Positions 38,524 through 51,254 of a DNA stretch of 64,000 nt are shown piece by piece. The stretch spans positions 19,220,001 through 19,284,000 of the forward strand of contig NC_043022.1 of the NCBI RefSeq assembly GCF_006345805.1. The letters are read 5' to 3'. Every line of letters begins with the position of its first letter. Within the stretch, counting starts at the first letter, position 1. Origin of the DNA: Octopus sinensis (Eukaryota). The notes below the pieces were generated by a model. It was not told the DNA's origin. It searched no databases and saw only the letters and a list, made by a program, of their open reading frames with translations. Both the position numbers and the translations under genes were made by a program.

Positions 38524-39132
38524 CAGTGCTTTTCAAACTTTTTGCGGGAGCAGAACCCCAAGGAAACATTCCACTGGCTCGAGGAACCCCTGTGCAATAA
38601 TTTAATAGTCTTATGCACACATAGGCGCGGGAGTGACTATGTGGTAAGTAGCTTGCTTACCAACCACAAGGTTCTGGGTTCAGTCTCACTGCGTGGCATC
38701 TTGGGCAAGTGTCTTCTACTATAGCCTCGGGCCGACCAAAGCCTTGTGAGTGGATTTGGTAGACGGAAACTGAAAGAAGCCTGTCGTATATATGTATATA
38801 TATATATATGCGTGTGTGTGTTTGTGTGTCTGTGTTTGTCCCCCTTGCATTGCTTGACAACCGATGCTGGTGTGTTTATGTCCCCGTTACTTAGCGGTTC
38901 GGCAAAAGAGACCGATAGAATAAGTACTGGGCTTACAAAAGAATAAGTCCTGGGGTCGAGTTGCTCGATTAAAGGCGGTGCTCCAGCATGGCCGCAGTCA
39001 AATGACTGAAACAAGTAAAAGAGTAAAAGAGTATATCTGCACAGGAGAATTAAAAATTACTGCCGATTTTAGCAGTTTTGTAACTTCTTGTGGAACCCTA
39101 AGGTTCCGCAGAACCCTGGTTGAAAACCACTG
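38524..39132 (-). mobile_element. Same hAT MITE, second copy, also carrying a SINE-A at the same site
   Basis: Ends CAGTGCTTTTCAAAC / GTTGAAAACCACTG. TSD GTCTAGAT/GTGTAGAT (7/8), fitting the NTCTAGAN Charlie target preference. Confidence 0.85.
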
Positions 39133-39135
39133 GTG

Positions 39136-39344
39136 TAGATCAATTTGCGTGGCATAAAATATGTTATAATGCAGCAAAACAATTTGAGCTAAAGAAGCAG
39201 AACAATGAAACAATTGTATCCTACAATCAACAGTCACATTTGTCCGATCCCAGGCAAAATGAAAATCGTCAATCTCCCCATTGTGACTTCATAGCAAAAT
39301 CCTTACCCGGACTTAAATTACATTCACACATCCATCGCAAATAG
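39136..39344 (+). mobile_element. Old RTE-like 3' fragment with a degenerate terminal C2H2-like motif
   Basis: DQFAWHKICYNAAKQFE... and SPHCDFIAKSLPGLKLHSHIH*, resembling the RTE C-terminal DR..WR and CxxC..S..GL..H...H motifs. Confidence 0.5.
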
Positions 39345-40449
39345 ATGCTGCTTCTTTTATTTTCAAAGTTGTTCCCCCATCTTTATTGTTTTTTTAAGCC
39401 CTCTCCTTCAAATGCTCATACATCGAAATTGACAGGAGTGACCATCATATATAAATTTGAAGTGTAAGATATGACTCCAGAGACTCATGTGGCTATCACA
39501 GAAAGCCCCTTTAACTGATTACTATATGGTCCACATCTATTTGTCTTTCTATCTATCTTTCTATCTAGATGTACACACACACACACACACATATATAGAT
39601 AAAAAGTAAGGAGTGTGTTGCATCTTATCAATAATGGCACAAAATTGCACTCAACACAGGCTCATAACTGTGACCTTCTGTGTTTGTTCTCCATTTATCT
39701 GTGCATTTAATATATTTTTCTCTTCTATATATATTACTATATATATTAGGCGGTGAGCTGGCAGAAACATTAGCGTGCCGAGCGAAATGCTTAGCGATAT
39801 TTCGTCTGCCATTGTGTTCTGAGTTCAAATTCTACCGAGGTCGACTTTGCCTTTCATCCTTTCGGGGTTGATAAATAAAGTACGAGTTACACACTGGGGT
39901 CAATGTAATCGACTTAATCCATTTGTCTGTCCTTGTTTGTCCCCTCTATGTTTAGCCCCTTGTGGGCAATAAAGAATTATATATATATATTACTATATAT
40001 ATGTTTGACTTATATATATATATTACTGTATATATGTTTGACATATATATGTATGTATGTATCTATCTGTATATACGAAGATTTAGGATATTTTTTTCAG
40101 CACATGTCCTTTTATATGGCTCAGATTACTCCCTCGAGAAGTCTTAACCAGCTTCTGCCAGCATGGAGGATTCAGTTGCAATAATAATAATGATGATGGT
40201 GATGTGTGTGTATGAGTGTGTGTGTACATATACATACACATGTACACATGAGCACATAGATGCAAAACAAGGTGGAGAAAATAGTACTCAAACACCAAAA
40301 GTAGAGTAAAATGTTATTTTATTAAAGTTGAGTAACCTACACAAAGTGTTACTCAGAGTTTCACACAAACAGTTCATATCAGACATTCTCAAGCATTCAG
40401 CACAATATAATAGTTTATATGTATATGTGTGTATATCTACATATATATA

Positions 40450-40499
<50 letters not shown>

Positions 40500-40505
<6 letters not shown>

Positions 40506-40870
40506 CCAGTGGTTAGGGCAGCGGACTCGCGGTCATAGGATCGCGGTTTCGATTCCCAGACAGGGCGTTGTGAATGTTTATTGAGCGAAAACACCTAAAG
40601 CTCCACGAGGCTCCGGCAGGGGATGGTGGTGATCCCTGCTGTACTCTTTCACCACAACTTTCTCTCACTCTTACTTCCTGTTTCTGTTGTACCTGTATTT
40701 CAAAGGGCCGGCCTTGTCACTCTCTGTGTCACGCTGAATATCCCCGAGAACTACGTTAAGGGTACACGTGTCTGTGGAGAGCTCAGCCACTTACACGTTA
40801 ATTTCACGAGCAGGCAGTTCCGTTGATTCGGATCAACCGGAACCCTCGTCGTCGTAACCGACGGAGTGCT
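40500..40870 (+). mobile_element. SINE-C (tRNA-derived). Other copies at 50190-50570(-), 53703-54066(+), 56597-56980(-) and old 49245-49535(+); tail variants at 26867-27165 and 53333-53625
   Basis: A box TGGCCCAGTGG and B-box-like GGTTTCGATTCC; tail ends CCCTCGTCGTCGTAACCGACGGAGTGC. Confidence 0.88.
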
Positions 40871-40911
40871 TCTATCTATCTATATATATATACACACATG
40901 TATATACGTAC

Positions 40912-40977
<66 letters not shown>

Positions 40978-41228
40978 CAACTAAGGTTGCAGAACAAACA
41001 AATGCAAGGTCATCCACATAACATTTCATATCTTGAACATTTAATCATAGAATATACATTTATGACATCACGGAAGATGAAACATAACTCATCTGTACAA
41101 GTATATAAGAAAGTGCGAGAAAAATGTGTGAATACAGTTCATCACGGTTAATGTTAATACTTTAGCGATTAAGAAATATATATTTTTTAAAAAAAACATT
41201 ACAACACCTAGAAAATAAATAAAAAAAA

Positions 41229-41414
41229 TTTTTGTTGTTTTTGTAAAATCTCAGAAAATAATTAAAAATTCACATTTTTTATCAAATTATTTTGTTATAT
41301 TTGTCTATCTATCCAACTGTAAACATTTTAAATATTTCACAAATATAACAAAATAATTTGATAAAAAATGTGAATTTTTAATTATTTTCTGAGATTTTAC
41401 AAAAACACCAAAAA
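41229..41414. repeat. 76-bp inverted repeat (1 mismatch) with a 34-nt spacer
   Basis: 41236-41304 versus 41339-41407 is a perfect match, extendable by 7 bp. Confidence 0.95.
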
Positions 41415-41833
41415 TATAGTATAAAGTAATATATCAATATATAGGAATATAAAGATATCTAAAAATATATATATATATATATAGGAAGCGTATAAATAAG
41501 TAATATATAATATATAATGTAAAAATAAAAGTTCATCGTTTAGAAAATCTTTTAAAAATTACATTTCAAATAAGGGAATCCTATAGTTAAAAACCAGTGT
41601 CCAAGCAAAAAAGAGGAAACCATACTTACATTCCCTATGGCCATTTCAGGGGTACATTACTGTATTTAAAGCACTAGGGTGCATCACAATAATAACTCCT
41701 TCGTCAGGGGATGACCTTGCATTTATTTGTTCTGTAACCTTAGTTTGATATATTTGTCTCATGCAATTGAGCACTTCTATAGCAGTCCTATTAAACATTT
41801 TGTTCCTGATAAGAAACAATCACTGTATTATTG

Positions 41834-41878
<45 letters not shown>

Positions 41879-43384
41879 ACATACACACACACACGTTGAT
41901 ATATTTCTATATACAGACAATCAAGTGTGCATGCACACTCACATTCACATACGCATCAAACACACACACACACACACACACACGCATATACGCAGCTTGC
42001 TTTGCAATCATATAATCTTGTCTTTGGTCCCACTGTACAGCACCTATGTCTTCTGCTATAGCCCTCAGCTTGACCAATGCCTTGTGAGTGGATTTAGTAG
42101 ATGGAAACTGTATGGAATCCTGTCATTATATATACATACATACATCTGTGTGTGTGTGTGTGTATACGTATGTATGTATAACCTGACATAGGTGCCTTGT
42201 GTTACCACCACTGTGACCACTACTCCCACCATAGCCCCTTCAGGTCCAGCAAAAGATGCGTCTGGTGCTAATAATCAAATGCTGCTGCCTTTATTTTCCT
42301 TAATACAAGTTGACCCCTTTTTCAACTAATCAGTTGACCTTAATCTCCATTTTGTTGTCCCACTTATTTGGTTTTGCTCTTTTCACTGTTATCTTCTATC
42401 TGCCCCTCTCTTTCTCTTACACTGCAATCATTACCCCCTATACCCCCATCTTCTTGTTATCCCTGTATTTTTATTATTGTTGTCCTTCTTAACCCTAGTT
42501 GCTCTTTCTCCATTGTTAACATGCCCCGCACTCCTCTTCAGTTTTTATTTTCTCTTTTTAACCCCTTCACCATTTTCCTAACCCCATATTCTTATTACCC
42601 CTATCTTTATTATTGTTCTTGTTACCATTCTACTGCTGTTACATATTATCCCTGTTCTGTATCATACTTACAAAGTTTATCCCATTTCCCTCCTCCCATC
42701 AACTATGGTTCATCTTAACCCAATCTCTCTTGTTAACTCTTTGACTGTTATCCCTTAACTATAGCCCCACCCTGTTAGTTATTTCACCTATATTGTTGTT
42801 CCTTGCTCAGATGTTATCCCACAGCTCTTGCCTCTTTCTGATGTATATGTTAACCCCACTACCGGGTATTCAACAGCTGCCTGTAGTTAATGTTTCTGTT
42901 TCAGTAAAAACTATTGTATTTTTACCATTGTGGTCTTACACATTGGTATATTCCTAAGGGTCTCTGGTGCATCCCTGGGGTACTCATGCTATATTTTACG
43001 GTGGGTCGGGGGGTTGTATATCAGGTACAGATTTTGCTGTTTTGGGTGTTGTCTGAATACCCAAAGGATTTCAGAAGTAGAAGTTATTGTAATTGTCAGG
43101 GATAAATATATCCTTTATTTGTGGATTAACAATGCTACCAATGGTTTCATTCAGAAACTTCACAATTTTTCAAGTATTCCACTTGTTGATAGACTGCCTC
43201 CATGCTGGATGAGATTGTATAAAAGAGTGTATATGTATATATATATGTGTATGTATATATATAATATATATATATAATCATATCAAAGGGAAATGGAATT
43301 TAATTAAATTTAAAATATTCAATCAAAATTTACATTTCCAGTGGTCTAACATGCAAAAGAAATTAGTCAAGAAGACTATATATT

Positions 43385-43499
43385 AGTTATACGATATAGT
43401 GTATATTTATACACATAAGGAATCCACTTAGTGTGAGATTCAACACATTAGAGAGAACCTAGATTCCTTATGTGTATAAATATGCACTATATCGTATAA

Positions 43500-43537
<38 letters not shown>

Positions 43538-43574
43538 TTATACGATATAGTACATATTTATACACATAAGGAAT
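43385..43574. repeat. Three-arm 40-bp fold-back (A, A-inverted, A)
   Basis: 43385-43424, 43462-43501 (inverted, 37-nt spacer) and 43536-43574 (direct, after (TA)n). Confidence 0.9.
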
Positions 43575-44001
43575 ATATATATATGCGCAGAAGTGGCTGT
43601 GTGGAAAGAAGCTTGCTTCCCGACTACATGGTTCTGGGTTCAGTCCCACTGTGTGGCATCTTTGGTAAGTGTCTTCTACTATAGCCTTGGGCTGGCCAAA
43701 ACTTTATGAGTGGACTTGGTAGATGGAAACTGATAGGGGCCCATCATATATGTATGTATATGTCTATGTGTGTGTGTGTCTGTGTTTGTCACCCCATCAC
43801 CATTTGACAACCAGTGCTTTGGTGCACTGATGTTCTCATTACTTAACAGTTCGGCAAAAAGAGACTGATAGAATAAGTACTAGGTTTCTGAAAAGAATAA
43901 GTTCTGGGGGTCGATTTGTTCAACTAAAAGACCTTCAAGGTGGTGCTCCAGCACGGCTGCAGTCACATAACTGAAACAAGTAAAAGAATAGAATGAAAGA
44001 T

Positions 44002-44046
<45 letters not shown>

Positions 44047-44869
44047 GACTGAAATGAGTAAAAGATAAAAGATATATAAATGTAAGTTAAAGAAAGACTA
44101 GTGGATAGGAGTCACATAATTGACTTCATTAGGTTACAGCTGTTTCAAAGTGCACTCACAGTTGAGGGTTTGAGCAATATCTTATAGTTTTCTTGGTGGC
44201 ATTACAAATAAAGTATATTTTTATTTCGGAAAGCATCGCATGACTATGTTCTCTTGTCATTCATAAATTATCATTGCTCTCTGTACCTGCCCTATACCTT
44301 CTCTGTACCTGTTGAATGCTCTACACTAACAACTTGTTATTAGTATCACTATGCCTAAATGAATCTATCTATCTACCTGTCTATCTATAAATATATATAT
44401 ATATATAGATATATAGATAGATAGATAGATAGATACACACATATGTATATATGTACATATTTAAATATACACACACACATACACAAACACACACATATAT
44501 CCAGATACACATACACACATATATTTGTGTGTGTGTGTACATATATACATGTGTGTGTGTATATATATAAACACACACATGCTCACACCCACACACACAT
44601 ACATACATTTTAGTTTTAAGACACTTCTTGCAGATGCTCTGGAATGCCTCATCAGCAATGTTTCTGCTGTCTCACAGTAGTTTCAGGCCTTTTGACATCA
44701 GACCCCCTTGCATCCCAATAACAGCCCAGCCAGCTGCTGTTCTTGCACACCCCATACGCTTTCCCAAAAGTCACACAGTGGCCTTCTCTGATGGAACTTA
44801 TAGCCCTCCTCTTTGTGAGAGAGAGAGAGGTGGGTTACATATGTTCTGCTACTGCCCATTGCACTACAG

Positions 44870-45770
44870 CAGTGCTCCACAAACTTTTATTGCTTGTAGT
44901 ACACTTACATGTTTTCTAAAATTCAGCAGCATGGCTGCGTGGTAAGAAGCTTGCTTCCTAACCACATGGTTCCAGGTTCAGTCCCACTATGTGGCATCTT
45001 GGGCCAGTGTCATCTACTATAACCTCAAGCCGACCACAACCAACCAAAAGTGGATTTGGTAGATGGAAAACTGAAAGACTCTTGTCGTGTATATATATAC
45101 ATACATATGTTTGTGCGTGTGTGTGTGTATGTTTGTGTCTGTTTGTCCCCACACCATCGCTTGACAACTGATGCTGGTGTGTTTACGTCCCTGTAACCTA
45201 ATGGTTCAGCAAAAGAGTCCTATATAATAAGTACTAGGCTTACAAAGAATAAGTCCTGGGATTGATTTCTTTGACCAAAGCCGGTACTCCAGCATGGTCG
45301 CAATCAAATGACTGAAGTAAAGGGAAAGAAGAACAAGCTGTGACAAGATACTGTGATAGCCTGGGCTTCCGAGGCCCACAGCTCTTCAATATCCTTCCGA
45401 AGAACCTGAGGGACCTGCATGGGGTGGATGCAGATGTCTTTAAAATGAAACTGGATCTCTTCTTGTCAGGTGTCCCAGATGAACCAACTTCACTGCAGGA
45501 GGTGCAGATGAGGGCAGCTGCATCAAACTCTCTCATGCACCAGATGGCAATTGATAAAAAGCATTCGTGAAGTAAAATCATGTAGTAACACCAAATGGCG
45601 GTGCCCCAGCATGGCCACAGCTTGTGAGCTGAAACTAAATAAAATAAAATAAAAAAAAAAAAGCTCACCTGTACAAAAATGTAACTAAACATACATGAAA
45701 AAAAATTATATCCAGGTGACACTGTGGCACACCTTGCATCATCTCGTGGCACACCGGTTGCAGAGCACTG
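44870..45770. mobile_element. Second hAT-like MITE containing a nested SINE-A and CR1 3' end
   Basis: TIRs CAGTGCTCCACAA / TTGCAGAGCACTG. Flanks CACTACAG / CTGTACAG (6/8 match). Confidence 0.6.
45330..45662 (+). mobile_element. CR1-like LINE 3' end (ORF2 C-terminus, 3'UTR stem-loop and A-rich tail)
   Basis: Reads SLGFRGPQLFNILPKNLRDLHGVDADVFKMKLDLFLSGVPDEP...RAAASNSLMHQ, typical of this CR1 C-terminus, followed by (TAAAA)n and poly-A. Confidence 0.85.
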
Positions 45771-46169
45771 CTGTACAGCAATTGTGGCTAAGATAAGGGC
45801 TACATTTTTTTTTTGTTGTGTCTATGAAATAAAGTGCACACCAAAGGGTAAAGAAGCCAGCAGTTGTGCTTATATATGTAAAGGGTACAGGTAAATCCTA
45901 TAATTAAGTATGTTTCTTGAGCCGCTGTGGGTATGTATTGAGGTACATCAAGTTTTAGGGTGGATGTCTCTAATAAAAGGTAAACAATCATGGATGTCTC
46001 TAGATGTTACACATAGCCGTAGGAGTGGCTGTGTGGTAAGTAGCTTGCTAACCAACCACATGGTTCCGGGTTCAGTCCCACTGCGTGGCATCTTGGGCAA
46101 GTGTCTTCTGCTATAGCCCCGGGCCGACCAATGCCTTGTGAGTGGATTTGGTAGACGGAAACTGAAAGA

Positions 46170-46178
46170 AGCCTGTTG

Positions 46179-46223
<45 letters not shown>

Positions 46224-46339
46224 TGTTTGTATGGTTTATTGGCAGCTGAGTATTATATAGTGTTATATACAGATACATACACACACACACACACACATGC
46301 ATATATATGTATGTGTGTGCATGTATATACATATATATG

Positions 46340-46379
<40 letters not shown>

Positions 46380-46615
46380 TATGTATAATATATATAGTAT
46401 ATATATATATATATATATATGTATACATATGTATATGTATACATGTATACATATGTATATATATATATATGTATATTTATAATGTATATATATATGTATT
46501 ATATGTATATATATATATATATGTAATATATATATGTATATATATATGTATATATATATGTATATATTATATATATATATATATATGTATATATACACAC
46601 ACACATATACACTCA
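46170..46615. repeat. (TA)n/(TATG)n microsatellite
   Basis: Direct reading. Confidence 0.95.
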
Positions 46616-46954
46616 AGCATATGTAGGTTTGTATTTTTTTTTTTTTTTCATTATTTACCTCCCTTTGGTATCCTCTCTAACATCAGTAATTCGTTCATCT
46701 TCTCCAAACATTCTCTCATCTTAGGCAGTCTCCTCGTCATCCCATTTGAAACATCACCATTCACATCCGTTCACCCCTGTTTTCGTCAGTTGCTACTAGT
46801 TTTTTACTGCTACTGCTTTCCGTGATCACAGTTTAAGGCTACCCCTTAAACCTCCAAGTTCCGACTCGTTTTTTTTTTTTTTTTTTTTTTTGTTACATTT
46901 TTTTGCTGTGGTTGATGGAAATAGTGCAACATTCAGGTACTGGAATCAATTTAA

Positions 46955-47173
46955 CCCCTTAGTATTTAAACCGGCCATATCCGGCCAAAATAGTTAATCT
47001 GTTTTATGCTCAAACTGACCAGATCCAGGCCCTCACACCTACCCTACAATGTTATTCTACATCAAGTAATTACACCATCAAGATCTTGAAGATATGAGAT
47101 AATGCTTGATTAATTCAAATCAATGGGAATCAATAGGCATTATGTTTGATAGAATAACCTGAACACTAAAGGG
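46955..47173. mobile_element. piggyBac-like MITE
   Basis: TTAA-CCCCTT...AAAGGG-TTAA; homologous to 26125-26345. Confidence 0.7.
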
Positions 47174-48011
47174 TTAATCGGTGACCCCCTGATAACCCCC
47201 AAATATTAAGGCCACTGTGCCAATGTTAAAACTATTATAAAACCATTACTAAAAGAGTGGTGGATTGGTAGTTAGAGGCATGATATCTTGCGGTATTTAA
47301 TTGCTTTCCTTTACATTTTGAGTTCAAATTCCACCAGAGTTGACTATGACTTTCCTTTTTCCGGCAGGGGAAGGATTTCATAAAACTAAGTACCAGTTAT
47401 ATACTGAGGTTGATTTAAGTGACTGTTCCCTCCCCTCCCGCCACAAAATGAATGGCCTTGAGCCTGTCTTAAAGAAATAAAAGTAACTGTCCTTAAAAGG
47501 GTATATTTAGGAAGGGGTACTTTATGATCCAAAAACGTGATGTAATTTGAGGGTGGGGGTTGAGTGGACAGTATGATTTTGGAGGGTGGTGGGGAGGGGG
47601 GGAAATTATTTTGTTGTTTTCTGAGGGGGTTTTTTTTTTCTGATTTTCTTTTGTGGCCCTGAGGGCAAAACTCTGCCATTCAAATTTGATATATAACAAC
47701 AGGATATATATATAACAGCCAGATGGCGTACCTTGTGAAATACATACACACAACAAAAAAAAAGAAAGAAAAGAAATGAAGAAAAAACAAAAATGAAATA
47801 AAATATGAATATATGAAGAAATGAAGAATTAAATGAAAAGATAAATAAATAAATAAATAAAAGTAATTTGGACTGAATAATATTGATGAAGAAGAAGAAG
47901 AAGAAGAAGAAGAAGACAAATCTGTTGTCTGTGTGTCATTATAGATTCACCATAGGTGTTTCTCTTGTAATAGTTCTGTTTCAGACTTGAAAATTGTCAA
48001 CATCCCATCTG

Positions 48012-48073
48012 CATATATATATATATATATTATATATATACATACATACATACATACATATATATACCCACAC

Positions 48074-48112
<39 letters not shown>

Positions 48113-48309
48113 TATATATATACATATACATATCTATGTATATATGCATATATATATATATGTATGTATGTATGTGTGTATGTATATATATTTGTGCATA
48201 TGTATATGTACAAATATAGATATATATGTACAGACATTGATATACATGTGTACAGATATAGACGTATATGTATGTATCAGGTATCTGTACTGATTACATA
48301 TATATATAT

Positions 48310-48344
<35 letters not shown>

Positions 48345-48925
48345 TTTATAAATATATGTATATAAATATATATATGTATATATACTATATATATAAATAT
48401 ATACATGTATATATAAATATATACATGTATATATACATATATATATAAATATATACATGTATATATATATAAATATATATATGTGTTATACTATATTATA
48501 CATAAATATATATATGTGTGTATTATATATATAATATATATATGTACATATACATATATATATAAATATATATATGTATGTGTATATATATATATATATA
48601 TATAAATATATATGTATGTGTATATATATATAAATATATATATATATGTGTGTATATATATATATATATTATATATAAATATATATATATGTGTGTATAT
48701 ATAATATATATATATAAATATATATATATGTGTGTATATATATATATATATAAATATATATATGTGTGTATATATACATATATATATATATATAACTATA
48801 TGTATCTATATATATATAAATATATATATGTATATATATATACATATATATATATATAAATATATGTACTATATATATATATATATATTGATATATGAAT
48901 ATAAATATATATATCTATAATATAA
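48012..48925. repeat. ~0.9-kb (TA)n microsatellite
   Basis: Direct reading. Confidence 0.95.
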
Positions 48926-49554
48926 AAAGTTAAATCTGCTTACAATATTGTTTGTCTTTTTTTCTCGTTGCTTATTTTATGTACTATTGTTTATATTTTC
49001 TCTTTTTTCAGTCACTGGCAGGAATTGAACTTAGAAATACAGGGGAAAAAAATAACAACACCCCATCAAATAAAGCATTGTCACTTGTGTACTGGACCCA
49101 GTTTCCCTTCACTGATCAAACTGAGTTTCATCCAGTGTCATAGTACAGGCAAGACCCAGAAGCTGGGTGCGTTAACTTCGCTTCACTGTAAGATAGAAAC
49201 CCCTTCAACTACTATTTAGTCCCCCGCCCCTATAATATAGGCACATGACTTAGTCGTTAGGGTATTTACCTCATGGTCATAAGGTCATGAGTTCAATTTC
49301 CACCAGTGACGGGTTGACTCCTAGAGCAAGACACTTTATTTCACGTTGGCTCAGGCCACTCAGCTGGCAAAGGTGAGTAATAACTGTATTTGAAAAGGGC
49401 CAGCTTTGTCACATCCTGTGTCATGCTGAATCTCCTCAAAAGCTATATTAAGGGTTTATGTTCTATGGAGTACTCAGCCACTTGCACGTTAATTTCACAG
49501 GCAGACTGTTCCAGTGATTATTGGATCAATGGAAACCACAAAGATCTGTATATC

Positions 49555-49985
49555 TTCATCATCATCATCATCATCATAATTGTTGCCATATTCACCATCG
49601 CTATAATCATCCTCATCGTCATATTGTCGTCATTATCATCATCACTGTCATCATTGTCATCATCATCATCGTCATTGCCATCATCATCACCGTCATCATC
49701 ATCATCATCAACATCATTATCATCATCATCATCTTGTCGTCATTATCATCATCACTGTCATCATTGTCATCGCCATCAGTATCATCATCATCGTCATCAT
49801 CATCATCGTCATCATCATCATCATCACCGTCATCATCTTCATCATCATCATCATCATATTGTCGTTATTATCATCATAACTGTCATCATTGTCATCATCA
49901 TCACCACCATCAGCACCTTCAGTATCATCATCATCATCATTCATCATCATCATCATCATCATTCATCATCATCATCATCATTCAT
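49555..49985. repeat. (CAT)n/(CGT)n trinucleotide tract
   Basis: Direct reading. Confidence 0.95.
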
Positions 49986-50802
49986 ATATATATATGCTTA
50001 GGCCGACTGAGTACAGCTGGAGGCTCTTCCTGTCACCAACTCTTATCCTCCCTTATCAAAACATGTTCATACTAAAGATTGGGAATGAAGGAGCCTGTCT
50101 GCCTGACAGAGGCATTGATAGTAGTGAAATCAAGGCAAGAAGGCAGTAATACATGCACACGTAGACAATCACTCACACACATACACATAGAGGCGCACTC
50201 CGTCGGTTATGACGACGAGAGTTCCGGTTGATCCGATCAACAGAACAGCCTCCTCGTGAAATTAACATGTAAGTGGCTGAGCACTCCACAGACACGTGTA
50301 CCCTTAACGTAGTTCTCAGGGATATTCAGCGTGACACAGAGAGGACAAGGCCGGCCCTTGTGAAATACAGGTACAACAGAAACAGGAAGTAAGAGTGAGA
50401 GAAAGTTGTGGTGAAAGAGTACAGCAGGATCACCACCATCCCCTGCCGGAGCCTCGTGGAGCTTAGGTGTTTTCGCTCAATAAACACTCACAACGCTCGG
50501 TCTGGGAATCGAAACCGTGATCCTATGACCGCGAGTCTGCTGCCCTAACCACTGGGCCATTGCGCCTCCACATACACATGTGCATACACACACATAGAAT
50601 GTGTGTGTGTTTTCCAGCCACATACTTCTACAATACACAAAACATTCTAATTCTTGTTTTAATACAGTTATTCTTTTTATCTGTTTCAGTCATTTGACTG
50701 CAGCCATGCTGGAGCACCACCTTTAGTCGAACAAATTGACCCCAACATTCTTTGTAAGCCTAGTACTTATTCTATCAGATTCTTTTGCCGAACCACAAAG
50801 CT

Positions 50803-51254
50803 CATCATCATCATTGTTCGACCGTGGTCGAGACAATGGAATTTACCATGCTACGCCAGACTTCACGGTCCATCATGGCATTACGGAGGTCCTGTTGCTG
50901 GATGCCTGTATCCCTGGAGATTACATCAGGGTAGGAGAGTGTGCGCCCTCTGGTATTGTGAGTAGATGGTTTCCAGAGGAGAAGAGTAGAAAATTCCTCG
51001 TTTTCAGCTCTACAACAATGTCCAGCAAACTGGACTCTCCTACCTTTCACAAGAGATGACACAGGTGATAGTTTCCCATATATTTGCATTTTGGTTGGAT
51101 GGCGCTTCCACGAGAGATTTTGAGCTCCCATAAGGAGGCGAGTGTAGGTTCCATCCAACCGCCTCTCAAGCTTCTTTGATAACGTCCAGGTTTCTGAGCC
51201 ATATAGTAGAATTGGTTTGACTGTGGCTTTGAAGATTTCAAGTTTGAAGTCTCT
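50803..51254 (-). mobile_element. 5'-truncated RTE-clade LINE inserted into a SINE-A, with an 11-bp TSD
   Basis: Open frame FKATVKPILLYGSETWTLSKKLERRLDGTYTRLL...RRVQFAGHCCR...MMDREVWR and a (GAT)n tail. ACCACAAAGCT is duplicated at 50792-50802 and 51255-51265. Confidence 0.9.

Noticed and set aside
42300-42870. Telomere-like or coding repeat (recurrent TTAACCCC)
   Set aside because: Irregular period, no TTAGGG array, and the minus-strand reading is broken by many stops.
46655-46760. Minus-strand frame ...[25 protein letters not shown] ending at a GTAAAT donor
   Set aside because: No usable acceptor and an in-frame stop just upstream; more likely an old repeat fragment.
49009-49219. Plus-strand exon after a strong tttctcttttttcAG acceptor
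   Set aside because: No recognisable protein, no convincing donor, and the SH2 CDS has already terminated; at most a non-coding exon.
49390-50075. Poly-Ser/His/Ile ORFs of 184-203 aa
   Set aside because: (CAT)n tract open in several frames.
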